From NCBI GenBank assembly GCA_964370945.1, contig CAYJNT010000001.1:1-57288 (forward strand): 57,288 nt of DNA, given 5' to 3'. The notes below the pieces were generated by a model. It was not told where the DNA came from. It made no database searches and saw only the letters and a list, made by a program, of their open reading frames with translations. The stretch comes from an uncultured Hyphomicrobiales bacterium. Lineage in GTDB: Bacteria; Pseudomonadota; Alphaproteobacteria; Rhizobiales; Xanthobacteraceae. Positions 47,645-56,827 of this stretch are shown here, piece after piece; position 1 is the stretch's first letter, and each line of letters starts with the position of its first letter. A program made the position numbers and the translations under genes.

Positions 47645-49831
47645 TTAGGGCAAACCGGGTTTATTGGCATCGGGAATTTCGGCGGGTGCCACCCGACACA
47701 ACAGCGCGCGCAACTGGTAGGTTCCCATTGCCGGGTCATAGGGCGGCTGGTTGTCGGTCAGGAGATTGGCGTTCGAGGTCCAGACGCCGTATTCCGGCGC
47801 GGCCTGTTCGGGAAACCACCAGCCGTGCTGAACATGGATGACGCGCTGATCAATCCCGGTCGTGAGCTTGGCCTTCTGTCGCATCCGGCCGCGCCGCGTC
47901 TCGATCCACATCCACGCGCCGTTGACGATGCCTAACTGCGCCGCGGTGTCGGGGTGAATTTCCGCCACCGGATCGCGTTGCGCCTTGCGAAGCTTGCCGA
48001 TCTGGCGGTGTTCCGAATTGAAGAAAAACGAGATCCGCCCGCCGGTCGTGAGCACCAGCGGATACTGTGCCGCAACTGCCGGCGTGCTAATCGGACTTTC
48101 CGGCGGTTCTTGATAATAAGGCAACGGCGCATAGCCAAGTTGTTCGAACCGGGTGGAGTAGAGTTCGACCTTACCGGTCGGAGTCCTGAATCCGCCGTCC
48201 TGGTATTTCCGGTACCTGAACGGTGGCTTGATGAACCCTTTCTTCTTGAGCTCGTCGAAAGTGATGTCGAGACCGCCGGCAGCGAGTTGTGCATCCAGCA
48301 CGTCCTTGACCGGCTCGGTGCAAACGGAAAGCTTCATCCGGTGTGCCAGCGCCACGAACATTTCTTCGTCCGATTTACACTCCCCGATCTGCACCGCCTT
48401 CTGCTGGGCGAGCACGACGTTAGCGGCGATCGTGGGCAGGCCTACCAGCTGATCGAGTTCGGGCCATGACGCGGCCGGCAACACGATATCGGCAAGCTCC
48501 GCCGTCGGCGTCATGAACAGGTCGGCGCAGACCATGAAGTCGAGCTTCATCAGGGCGTCATAAACGGCCGACGAGTTGGCATAGGTCGTCAAAGTGTTGT
48601 TGCCGAACACCAGGAAGGCCTTGACTGGATAGGGCTTGCCCTCGCGTATCGCCTGCAGCAGCGTCGGGATATGGGCGGCCGGCAGGTCGGCACCCTCACC
48701 GCCAAGCAGCTTGAAACGATCAGCTCCGAGCCGCTTGGCATTCACCTCCGGTTTGAGGTTCTCAATCAGGCTGGGGAAACGGCCCAGACCGTGCATGCCG
48801 AACACCCAGCCGCCCGGCACATCGATATTTCCGCTCAACGCCGGCAACATCGATACGGCCCGCACGGTCTGGATGCATTTCGGCGTATGCTCGATGGCGC
48901 AGCCCCATTCGAGCATGGCGGGCTTGGTCTGCGCGAATAGACGCGCGGCGGCGCGAATCTTGTCAGCCGGAATCCACGTGATCGGCTCGGCCCATTCGGG
49001 CGTGTGATCCTTCACACATTCGGCGAGCGCGTCGAAGCCGTGGGTCCACTGCGTCACAAACGGTTCATCGTACAGCTTCTCGCCGATGACGACATTCAGC
49101 ATCGCAAGCGCGAGCGCGTCGTCGGCGCCGGGCCTGATCTGCAGCCAAAGGTCAGCCTTCTCGGCGAGCGCTGTGCGCCGCGGATCGACAACGATCGTCT
49201 TGGGATTGCGGTCGAGCGCCTCGATCACGCTGAAACGCGTTTCACCGTCCGGCCCCGACAGGACCGGGTTGTGGCCCCAATAGAGGATACACGCCGGCGG
49301 CACCTCGCCGGTGTAATCGCAGACCGGAAAGTCGCCGAAGGTCAGGATCGACGTATTCACCCGCGGGTGGAAACATTGGGCGAAGCCCGGCTCGCACCAG
49401 TTGGGTGTGCCGAGCGCGTGGCCGAAGCGCGACACCCAGCGGATGTGATGACGGCCGGTGCCGGTACCGAGCGCGATGGCCTCGGGTCCATATTGTGCAC
49501 GGATCGCGAGCAGACGTTGCGCGATTTCGTCGAGCGCATCGTCCCAGGAGATGCGTTCCCACTCGCCGGACTGGCGCTTGCCCTTGCGCCGCATCGGATA
49601 TTTCAGCCGGTCCGGATGGTAGACAAGGTCGGTCGTCACCGTCCCTATTGGACACAGGCGACCATGATTGAGCGGCGACTCGCGATCGCCCTCGACCTTC
49701 AGCAACACCCCATCCCGCACGTGCAGCAGTACACCGCATCCACCGTGGCAACTGCGGCAAACGCTCTTGAGGACTGTGGTGGTCTGCAGGCCATTGTCCC
49801 GCGATGGCGTGGCAAATTGTCGGATGTTCAT
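47645..49831 (-). CDS. Mo/W-bisMGD oxidoreductase, acetylene hydratase-like subfamily
   Basis: CRSCHGGC...C [4Fe-4S] motif, HPDRL.YP, LG.PNW......C, DPRRT..A..AD.WL, TPTGKVE; no Tat signal. Confidence 0.85.
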   Translation of the reverse strand: MNIRQFATPSRDNGLQTTTVLKSVCRSCHGGCGVLLHVRDGVLLKVEGDRESPLNHGRLCPIGTVTTDLVYHPDRLKYPMRRKGKRQSGEWERISWDDALDEIAQRLLAIRAQYGPEAIALGTGTGRHHIRWVSRFGHALGTPNWCEPGFAQCFHPRVNTSILTFGDFPVCDYTGEVPPACILYWGHNPVLSGPDGETRFSVIEALDRNPKTIVVDPRRTALAEKADLWLQIRPGADDALALAMLNVVIGEKLYDEPFVTQWTHGFDALAECVKDHTPEWAEPITWIPADKIRAAARLFAQTKPAMLEWGCAIEHTPKCIQTVRAVSMLPALSGNIDVPGGWVFGMHGLGRFPSLIENLKPEVNAKRLGADRFKLLGGEGADLPAAHIPTLLQAIREGKPYPVKAFLVFGNNTLTTYANSSAVYDALMKLDFMVCADLFMTPTAELADIVLPAASWPELDQLVGLPTIAANVVLAQQKAVQIGECKSDEEMFVALAHRMKLSVCTEPVKDVLDAQLAAGGLDITFDELKKKGFIKPPFRYRKYQDGGFRTPTGKVELYSTRFEQLGYAPLPYYQEPPESPISTPAVAAQYPLVLTTGGRISFFFNSEHRQIGKLRKAQRDPVAEIHPDTAAQLGIVNGAWMWIETRRGRMRQKAKLTTGIDQRVIHVQHGWWFPEQAAPEYGVWTSNANLLTDNQPPYDPAMGTYQLRALLCRVAPAEIPDANKPGLP

Positions 49832-49974
49832 GCGAACGGCTCAAAAAGCGCCACGACAGTTGGGCCGGTGCCGAACATGACAAGCGCGCGATTTGGTGTT
49901 CGGCAAGTCGGAGCCGTGCCATAGCGTGATGCGCGCCGCCTTCACAAGATTCGCACGGCTGGCGCGACATCGGC

Positions 49975-49988
49975 TTGATTTCAATCAA
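49975..49988. promoter_or_regulatory. Consensus FNR box within an extended palindrome
   Basis: TTGAT-TTCA-ATCAA; arms extend to TCGGCTTGAT / ATCAAGCCGA (49970-49993). Confidence 0.78.
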
Positions 49989-50062
49989 GCCGACGATTCG
50001 AATGAAGAACTCCGGTCATTCGGCGGGTTTCGCGGCACGGGCCAACCCGCGTGCAAGGACCA

Positions 50063-50450
50063 ATGTTCAACCGCGTTGTTGTATCGTGCGCGATTGGGCT
50101 CGTTCGCTCCAATGCTGCGGCCGGCTCCGTCCACTTAATCAAATCATCGCAAGTCAGTGCCGGCACTTTTGAACGGGCGGCGAGCGCCTCGATCCTTACC
50201 GAGCGCTCGCCTGCATCGTGTGCACGAGCTTCACACTGCCGCGGCCGTCAGTGGTCATTGCCGGCTGGATCGCGAAAAATAGAATCAAGACAGTCGTCAC
50301 CGTGGTCTCCGACGATGTGCCGGGCGCCGACGCGGAGAGATCCTTCGCCGGGCGCTTCAAGAAAGTGCGCGGTCAGATCGCCGAAGCGATCAAGGCGCCG
50401 CTCGCCTGTTCAGTCTTTGCGCCGTTCGCGATCGACCTGGACGGCTGATA
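50063..50450 (+). pseudogene. Remnant of Leu/Ile/Val-family ABC substrate-binding protein
   Basis: ASILTERSP, then a frameshift to IVCTSFTLP...WIAKN.IK.VVT.VSD..PG.DAE.SF...F....G.I.E.IK.PL...FAPF, then stop; internal deletion. Confidence 0.7.
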
Positions 50451-50586
50451 GATCAGAGTGGTTCGAATGAAAATCGTTTCGGCTGAGAAAAGATTGCGAT
50501 GATACGAACATTGGTGCGTTTCTAAATTTATATTATCGGGTGATTAAAAAAAAGAGTCGCACGCGCGCCCTCGGCATCGGCGTTCC

Positions 50587-50600
50587 TTGACCAAAATCAA
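50587..50600. promoter_or_regulatory. FNR-type box upstream of TonB receptor remnant
   Basis: TTGAC-CAAA-ATCAA. Confidence 0.62.
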
Positions 50601-50726
50601 TTGCGAGGAAGCTGGCTTCGATAATCTCGCCTTCGATCAAGACAGCACTCTCGCCATCCAGATCAAGCCAAGACCATCGAGATCGCCTCGTGAGGTGATC
50701 GACAGAGGCAATCTGGAGGCGTTGAA

Positions 50727-51512
50727 ATGTGCAGTACAAAAACAGAAAATTCGCCGAGTGCAATGCGGCGCGCAGCAATTTCGGCTCGAATGCAAACGCT
50801 GCTGTCGTGCGTCGTATCCATACCCTTCCTCTCGTTCGTTAGTGAATCCGCAATCGCGCAATCGGCCTCGCCAGGTTCTGCCATCACCCTCGATCCGATC
50901 GTGGTGGAAGCGCAACGGCAGCAAACCGCGCCGGCATCTGGACAAAGGTCCGCGCAGACGATCGGCCAGGCAACCGCGACGGTGCAGAAACGCTTCAATG
51001 TTCTTCCGGGCGGCGTCGCCCTCGTACCGCAGCAGGAATTCCCCGACACCGCCAATCTGACGGTTTCCAAAGCGCTGAGCAGTGTTCCCGGTGTCGTGGT
51101 GCAAGACTTCTTTGGCGGCAATGATCAGCCACGTATCCAGATTCGCGGCTCCGGTCTGCAGCAGAACCCCGTGGAGCGCGGAATCTTGATGCTCCAGAAT
51201 GGCTTGCCGATGAATCGAGCAGACGGCTCCTATATCGTCGGCTTCGCCAATCCGCGACAAGCCGAATCCATCGAAGTCTATCGCGGTTACATGGCCAATC
51301 GTCTCGGCGCCACCGTACTCGGCGGCGCGCTCAACTTTGTGTCGCCAAACGGTTCGACCCAGCCCGGCGCGCAGATCATGGGCAGCGGCGGCAGCTTCGG
51401 CCAAGGTGGCTTGGCAGGCCAAGCCGGTTTCAAGAAAGGTAATGTCGACGGTCTCATTGAATTCGATGACAGCCGCCGCGACGGGTTCCGCGACTACCAT
51501 GGAGCCGGCTGA
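50727..51512 (+). pseudogene. Truncated TonB-dependent receptor (signal, TonB box and plug only)
   Basis: LDPIVV.A, L..VPGV, IRGSG, IEVYRG, LGGALNF; stops at ~260 aa at the start of the barrel. Confidence 0.75.
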
Positions 51513-51623
51513 ACGGGATCGACTTTTCGATCATGGTCGTTTGTTCACGTTCGGTGCCGCTGTTTCATTGGCGAAACATTGGCGCAACTCCGTTAGTAAA
51601 CAATCGCGACTTCCGTATCTCAT

Positions 51624-53171
51624 TCAGCTTTCCGAGAACTTCAGTAGACTGTCCACCGCTTCTAGAGTCTGGCGGGGCGTTCCGGAGGCGTCGATTTCAG
51701 TCCAATCCATATGTCCGAGGTCGTATTGCTCCTGCTCCAGCGCCACCTCACGGTTAGCATCCGACACATCACGCAACCGAGCGTCGAGGCGCTTGAGCCG
51801 GACTGACATATCTACCGCCAGAAACAGCCCATGAAAGCGGGTGCGTTCACCGGCGCAAGCCCTGATCTCGGCGCGTTCATACGAACCGGCGAATACCGCA
51901 TCCACGATTACGGAATGCCCCGCAGCCAATGTTCGTTTGGTCTTGTCGACCAGCACCGAGTAGACGTAGTGACTGACGTCTTCGGCATAAGCCTTTGCTG
52001 GAAGCCGATCGAATTCGGACACACCAAACATGCGTTTTCGCTCGCGATCGGAGCGCAGAACGACGGCGCCGGGCATAGGATCAAGGAAGCAGGCGAGCTG
52101 TCGCGCGAGCATTGACTTGCCGGTGCCCGACAGGCCGCCGACGGCGACCAGCATCGGGGACTTCGGCCGCAGCGCAGCCAGCGCGAACTGGAAGTAGCGC
52201 CGGGCTACGTCGGCTATACCGCTTCGATCCGAGGCGGGCGCCGCATCGAGCCGCGCAACCGTCACCTTGGCCCTGATAGCCGCCCGCATCGAAAGAAACA
52301 GCGGTAACGCCTTGAGTGTTTCGAGATGCTCGACTTCGCCGGATCGCTCGAGATACCGGTTGAAAATCAGGCTCGCTGCCTGCGATAGCCCGCGCTCCCT
52401 CACATCCATCAGCAGAAAGGCAAGGTCATACAAGACGTCGCCGGACGCGATTACCGGATCGAACTCGATCGCGTCAAACAGCACCGGCTTTCCATCGATC
52501 CGCACGATATTGCCGAGGTGGAGATCGCCATGCAGCCGCTTGATGAACCCATGCGAGCCGCGGGAGCGAAGGAGATCAACGACATTCTCATAAGCGACGA
52601 GACTGGATGACGTCAGGGTTTTCACCTCGCCCACGGGAAATAGGTCCGGTCGCGATGAAAACGCGGCCTGGTTCTGGTCGACGAATCTGCGCAAAGCAGA
52701 CAGCCAAGCTCGCGTATCGGCGCGACGAGCGGCGCGGTGCGCGTCGAGCACGGTGTCGGCAAGCTGAAGCGACATTGCTTCGTCGAGTTCTCCCCGTTCG
52801 GCAAGCCGATCAAGCGTCTCGTTGTCGTCGAAGCGACGCATATGGACGGCCCATTCGATAACGTCGCCGCTACCACCGATTTTATAGGAACCGTCTCTCT
52901 CGGTCGTGATTGGAACGACGCCGAGATACATTTCGGGGGCGAACTGCTTGTTCACTTCGACCTCCGCTTCGCAAGCTGCCTTGCGCCGATCGAGCGTCGA
53001 ATAATCGAGGAAGGGGAAACGAACGGCACGCTTGACCTTGATTGCGCGGTCACCGGCCAGAAACACGACGGAGGCGTGCGTCTGATAGATTTGAACAGGA
53101 TTGCCGCCGTGAATGGCCGGTTGGGATAACGCGGCGAGCACTTGTTCTTGACCGTTCAGCCGCGAATCCAT
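51624..53171 (-). CDS. Aminoglycoside-phosphotransferase-like / P-loop kinase fusion (Rv2004c-like)
   Basis: TH.S.VFL, K.K..V...FLD.ST, HGDLHLGN, FD.IEF, GLSGTGKS, RSD.ERK. Confidence 0.88.
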   Translation of the reverse strand: MDSRLNGQEQVLAALSQPAIHGGNPVQIYQTHASVVFLAGDRAIKVKRAVRFPFLDYSTLDRRKAACEAEVEVNKQFAPEMYLGVVPITTERDGSYKIGGSGDVIEWAVHMRRFDDNETLDRLAERGELDEAMSLQLADTVLDAHRAARRADTRAWLSALRRFVDQNQAAFSSRPDLFPVGEVKTLTSSSLVAYENVVDLLRSRGSHGFIKRLHGDLHLGNIVRIDGKPVLFDAIEFDPVIASGDVLYDLAFLLMDVRERGLSQAASLIFNRYLERSGEVEHLETLKALPLFLSMRAAIRAKVTVARLDAAPASDRSGIADVARRYFQFALAALRPKSPMLVAVGGLSGTGKSMLARQLACFLDPMPGAVVLRSDRERKRMFGVSEFDRLPAKAYAEDVSHYVYSVLVDKTKRTLAAGHSVIVDAVFAGSYERAEIRACAGERTRFHGLFLAVDMSVRLKRLDARLRDVSDANREVALEQEQYDLGHMDWTEIDASGTPRQTLEAVDSLLKFSES

Positions 53172-53214
53172 TGCTGCCTCTCAACGGACGGACTCATGTT
53201 TGGCAGCACCGACG

Positions 53215-54036
53215 CTAGTGCGATAGCAGGCAACATAGGGGGCTGTTCGAAAGCAATTCTCGCGTCACTCCCCCGAAGGCCCATTCTCCCAAGCGAGTGT
53301 GACCATAGGCGCCTGCGACGATTAGGCCGGCACCTTCGTCCTGGGCGACGCGGATCAATTCCGCCGCGGTATCACCGATGTCGTTGATGTAGTATTTGGT
53401 GCACGGGCCAACACCGTGCCGACCGAGATAGCCCTCAACGTCTCTTAACCGTTCGAGCGTGGTATTTTCCTCGCCTTTGGCGCAGGCTTCGACCAGGATC
53501 ACTTCTTTCGATTTTTGCAGAAGCGGGACCGCCTCGCGTACTGCATGGCGTGACTCACGCGTGTCTTTCCATCCAACGAGAACGCGGCTCGCCTGGAGAT
53601 ATTCTATACCGGGCGGCACCAGCAAAACCGGCCGCCCGGCCTGCAGAATGAAGCGCGCCGTATCGAGCGATGGAACCGCAACGGTCGGATCATGCTCACG
53701 CCCGATCACGATCAGATCGGCGGCGCGCGCTTCGCGCAGCAGTGCCTCCGTGGGGAAATCGAAGCCCTCCCGCCACGATACACGGGGAACCTCTCGCGTG
53801 CCCGCGAGAAATTGCACCTTCGTGTCTCCGAGCCGGCTCACCAACCGCGCCGTATCTTGCGTCAGTGTCAGGATCTCGGAAGGCCTTGCCTGAAAGACCG
53901 GCATATCGGTCGGCACAGCCGCAGCCATGCCGATCAGGGCCGCCTCACAGCGGCTCGCAAGATCGGCGGCGAGCTTGGCGTGCTTGGCACCACCGCGACC
54001 GAGCTCGACATAGACCATTATTGTTGCGTAGGTCAC
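53215..54036 (-). CDS. Universal stress protein (tandem USP)
   Basis: AR.ADL.V.G, GRPVL.VP, W...RE..RA, L.V.GAYGH.RL.E..FGGVT. Confidence 0.9.
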   Translation of the reverse strand: MTYATIMVYVELGRGGAKHAKLAADLASRCEAALIGMAAAVPTDMPVFQARPSEILTLTQDTARLVSRLGDTKVQFLAGTREVPRVSWREGFDFPTEALLREARAADLIVIGREHDPTVAVPSLDTARFILQAGRPVLLVPPGIEYLQASRVLVGWKDTRESRHAVREAVPLLQKSKEVILVEACAKGEENTTLERLRDVEGYLGRHGVGPCTKYYINDIGDTAAELIRVAQDEGAGLIVAGAYGHTRLGEWAFGGVTRELLSNSPLCCLLSH

Positions 54037-54094
54037 GCAAGTCTCCGCACGCGGTTACCCAGCTTAAATGATACTGTGCCTGTGTCTTTGCAGT

Positions 54095-54108
54095 TTGATC
54101 CGCGTCAA
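54095..54108. promoter_or_regulatory. FixK/FNR box upstream of usp
   Basis: TTGAT-CCGC-GTCAA. Confidence 0.72.
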
Positions 54109-54179
54109 ACGCGCATCGGAAAAAAGCACTTGCCCCCAGCGATCAAGGGGGGAGCGCAGGAGCGGAGCCAAGCCACTAT

Positions 54180-56180
54180 TTAAACCCCGAATGGATAGGT
54201 TTCCGGGAGCCCTTCCAGCATCCTTGCGTCAAGCGGCGCGACCGCACTCGAGCGATCAAACCAGATATATTCGTCGAATTGTTCGGGCAGCACCGCCTGG
54301 AAGTAATGGCTCGCCCGTTCGGTCTCCGGCCGGTAGATCACACCGATGGCGCGCTCGAGACGCGCTTTCCCGAGCGCTTCCCTCAGCGGCTTGTCGGCAG
54401 CGCGCAGGGACAACATGAACGACGACACGCCTGACTGATGGCAATTGCCTTCGTAACTCTCCGGGAGCGCATTGCGGACGGTTTTGACGTCCATCGGTCC
54501 ACCCCAATCCGACGCCGCTGCGACCGTTCCGCCGGCGGTGCCGAATCCGATCGCGTAACAATTCTTGCCGAGATGCTCGCGACAGAGCTGCCCGATATTA
54601 TACTCCCCGCGGGCGGACATCTCGGTCGCAGACGCATTGCCGATATGGGAATTGTGCGCCCACACGATCGCCTTGCTTTGGGGACCGTGAAAGTGAAGGA
54701 GCGTCTTGAGCGTCTCGAACATATGGCTGTCGCGCAAATTCCACGACGCGCGCGAACCGTAATACATGGTCCGGTAATAACGTTCGGCATTGGCGATCAG
54801 TCTCGCATTCTGCACGGCATCAAGAAACCGCTCGCCGTCGTGCTCAGCGTAGCGGCGATGCTTCTCGAGAAGACCCATCAACACGACCGAAACTTCGTCT
54901 TCGCAGGTCGGGAATTCTCCGGTCAGGGCGGCGTGACCATAACTCGCCGGATCCGATTGCCAGGGCGTCAGGCAACCATAGCGTTCGCGCGCAGCGCGAG
55001 CGGTTTTCGGATCGACCTTGTCGAGGTAGTCCAAGACCGCGCGAATGGAGTCATAGAGGCTATAGAGATCGAGACCATGACAGGCCACGCGTTCGGCTTT
55101 TTTCTTTCCGGCATTGTGGGCGCGCATCCAATCGACAAAGGCGCGGAAATCGGTGTTGCGCCACATCCAGGTCGGGAACCGCGCGAACGCCGTCCATTCC
55201 GACGGGGGATACTCGAAATGGCGCACATAATGATCAAGACGCGCCCCGTCCGGCCAATCGCCTTCGATCGCCACAAACGAAAAGCCCTTGCGTTCGATCA
55301 ACGCGCGCGAGATGTGTGCGCGCATCGCATAGAATTCGGAGGTGCCGTGGCTCGCCTCGCCGAGGAGAACGATCCGGCTGTCGCCGATGCGGTCGAGCAG
55401 CCGGTCGAGCTTGGCGCGCTCGATCGACTCGAATGGCTCGCACGCCTTGGTGATCAGCGCCGGCAGGCTTTCCTTTCGTGCTCTTGCCGCCTTCGGGCGC
55501 GCCTCTTTGCGATCCGCCCAACCCTCCTGCCCGATCAGCGGTACGAACCTGACGTCCGCGAGATCGTCCTGGCGATATTCGTTCTCGGATATGCGGGTGA
55601 TGCGGACGAGTTCCTGAATGCTCGGATCGGTCCCGACCGGAATGACGAGCCGCCCCCCAATCGTCAATTGTTCCTTCAGTGACTCTGGAATCTTCGGACC
55701 GCCGGCGGCCACGATGATGCCGTCAAACGGCGCGTACTCGGGCCACCCTTTGGTGCCGTCGCCGTGTTTGACGTGAACGTTGCTGTAACCGAGCTCGGAC
55801 AACGTGGCAGCGGCCTTTTCTGCAAGCTGACCGATCCGCTCGACGGTGTAAACGTCGCCCGCGACTCCGGCGAGGATCGCCGCCGCGTAGCCTGACCCTG
55901 TGCCGATCTCAAGCACGCGATCGCCCGGCTGCAAGTCCAGCGCCTCGGTCATGAAGGCGACGATATAGGGCTGCGATATCGTCTGTTCCCCCGGGATCGG
56001 GAGCGGCGAATCCTCGTAGGCGAACTCACGCAGATTCGCGCTGAGAAACCGCTCTCGCGGCACCTTGCCCATCGCCCTGAGCACTGCGGCCGAGCGGACC
56101 CCGCGCGCGGCAATGGCATGATTGACCATTTCGCTGCGCAACTGAGCGAAATCTTCTGGCGTCTTCCGGAACAGCCCCAT
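54180..56180 (-). CDS. pcm: Protein-L-isoaspartate O-methyltransferase fused to erythromycin-esterase-like domain
   Basis: N-term QTISQPY, VLEIGTGSGY, V.FVPL; C-term LGEASHGT.EFY, EGDWPD, WNLRD.HM, VWAHNSH.G, LERAIGVIY.P.TE..SHY. Confidence 0.88.
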   Translation of the reverse strand: MGLFRKTPEDFAQLRSEMVNHAIAARGVRSAAVLRAMGKVPRERFLSANLREFAYEDSPLPIPGEQTISQPYIVAFMTEALDLQPGDRVLEIGTGSGYAAAILAGVAGDVYTVERIGQLAEKAAATLSELGYSNVHVKHGDGTKGWPEYAPFDGIIVAAGGPKIPESLKEQLTIGGRLVIPVGTDPSIQELVRITRISENEYRQDDLADVRFVPLIGQEGWADRKEARPKAARARKESLPALITKACEPFESIERAKLDRLLDRIGDSRIVLLGEASHGTSEFYAMRAHISRALIERKGFSFVAIEGDWPDGARLDHYVRHFEYPPSEWTAFARFPTWMWRNTDFRAFVDWMRAHNAGKKKAERVACHGLDLYSLYDSIRAVLDYLDKVDPKTARAARERYGCLTPWQSDPASYGHAALTGEFPTCEDEVSVVLMGLLEKHRRYAEHDGERFLDAVQNARLIANAERYYRTMYYGSRASWNLRDSHMFETLKTLLHFHGPQSKAIVWAHNSHIGNASATEMSARGEYNIGQLCREHLGKNCYAIGFGTAGGTVAAASDWGGPMDVKTVRNALPESYEGNCHQSGVSSFMLSLRAADKPLREALGKARLERAIGVIYRPETERASHYFQAVLPEQFDEYIWFDRSSAVAPLDARMLEGLPETYPFGV

Positions 56181-56220
56181 GGTGACGACCGCCCTTTCAG
56201 GCCGATAGCGAAGAGTAACG

Positions 56221-56255
56221 AATGCATTCTGCGGGACGTTCCCGCAGAATGCATT
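56221..56255 (-). terminator. Hairpin downstream of hsp20
   Basis: AATGCATTCTGCGGGA-CGT-TCCCGCAGAATGCATT, perfect 16-bp stem. Confidence 0.65.
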
Positions 56256-56266
56256 TCACGTCATGG

Positions 56267-56734
56267 TCAGGCTGCGGCCTTGACCTCGACCTTCTTCACT
56301 TGGGCCGACGCCGCCTTCGGCACGACGACCTTGAGCACGCCCTTCGAGAGCGTTGCCTTGATCTTGTCGACGTCCGTCCCAGCCGGGAGCTCGACCGAAC
56401 GATAGAACGAGCCGAAGCTGCGCTCGACCATGCGATAGTTCTTGTCCTTTTCTTCCTTCTCCGCCTTCTTCTCACCCTTGATCGTGAGAATGTTGTCGGC
56501 GACGTTGATCTGCACGTCCTTCTCCTCGAGACCAGGCAACTCGGCCGTGATCTCGATCGTGGTGTCGGTCTCAGCCAGGTCGGTGCTGGGCACAAGCGTA
56601 CCCGCCCCGACGCTACCGAGATGGAAATTGTCGAACAGGCGGTCGATCTCGTTCTTCAGCGAAGTGAACGAGAAGAAATCCGGATGCGCCACATTGCGCT
56701 CGCGGCCGACCGGAATGAGCGATTTCAGGTTCAT
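56267..56734 (-). CDS. Hsp20/alpha-crystallin small heat-shock protein
   Basis: D..ET, AELPG, L.I.GEK, ER.FGSF.R...LP, GVL.V..PK; ATG 56734 after GGAG. Confidence 0.92.
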   Translation of the reverse strand: MNLKSLIPVGRERNVAHPDFFSFTSLKNEIDRLFDNFHLGSVGAGTLVPSTDLAETDTTIEITAELPGLEEKDVQINVADNILTIKGEKKAEKEEKDKNYRMVERSFGSFYRSVELPAGTDVDKIKATLSKGVLKVVVPKAASAQVKKVEVKAAA

Positions 56735-56813
56735 GCTGCATCTCCAAGATAGGGCCGTGACCGGCCTTGTCCATTGAGCGCCGCAAGTAAAATACACCCT
56801 CCGATCATGGATA

Positions 56814-56827
56814 TTGACATGCGTCAA
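56814..56827. promoter_or_regulatory. FixK/FNR box upstream of hsp20
   Basis: TTGAC-ATGC-GTCAA. Confidence 0.7.

Noticed and set aside
47645-49831. True acetylene hydratase, nitrate reductase or formate dehydrogenase
   Set aside because: The catalytic Asp is absent, and there are no Nap/Fdh active-site motifs, Tat signal or partner subunits
51500-51620. Possible att site or integrase remnant at the TonB truncation
   Set aside because: No tRNA, direct repeat or recognisable recombinase sequence could be supported
51624-56180. Antibiotic resistance genes (aminoglycoside phosphotransferase, erythromycin esterase)
   Set aside because: Both are domain-level similarities within widespread stress-associated fusion proteins
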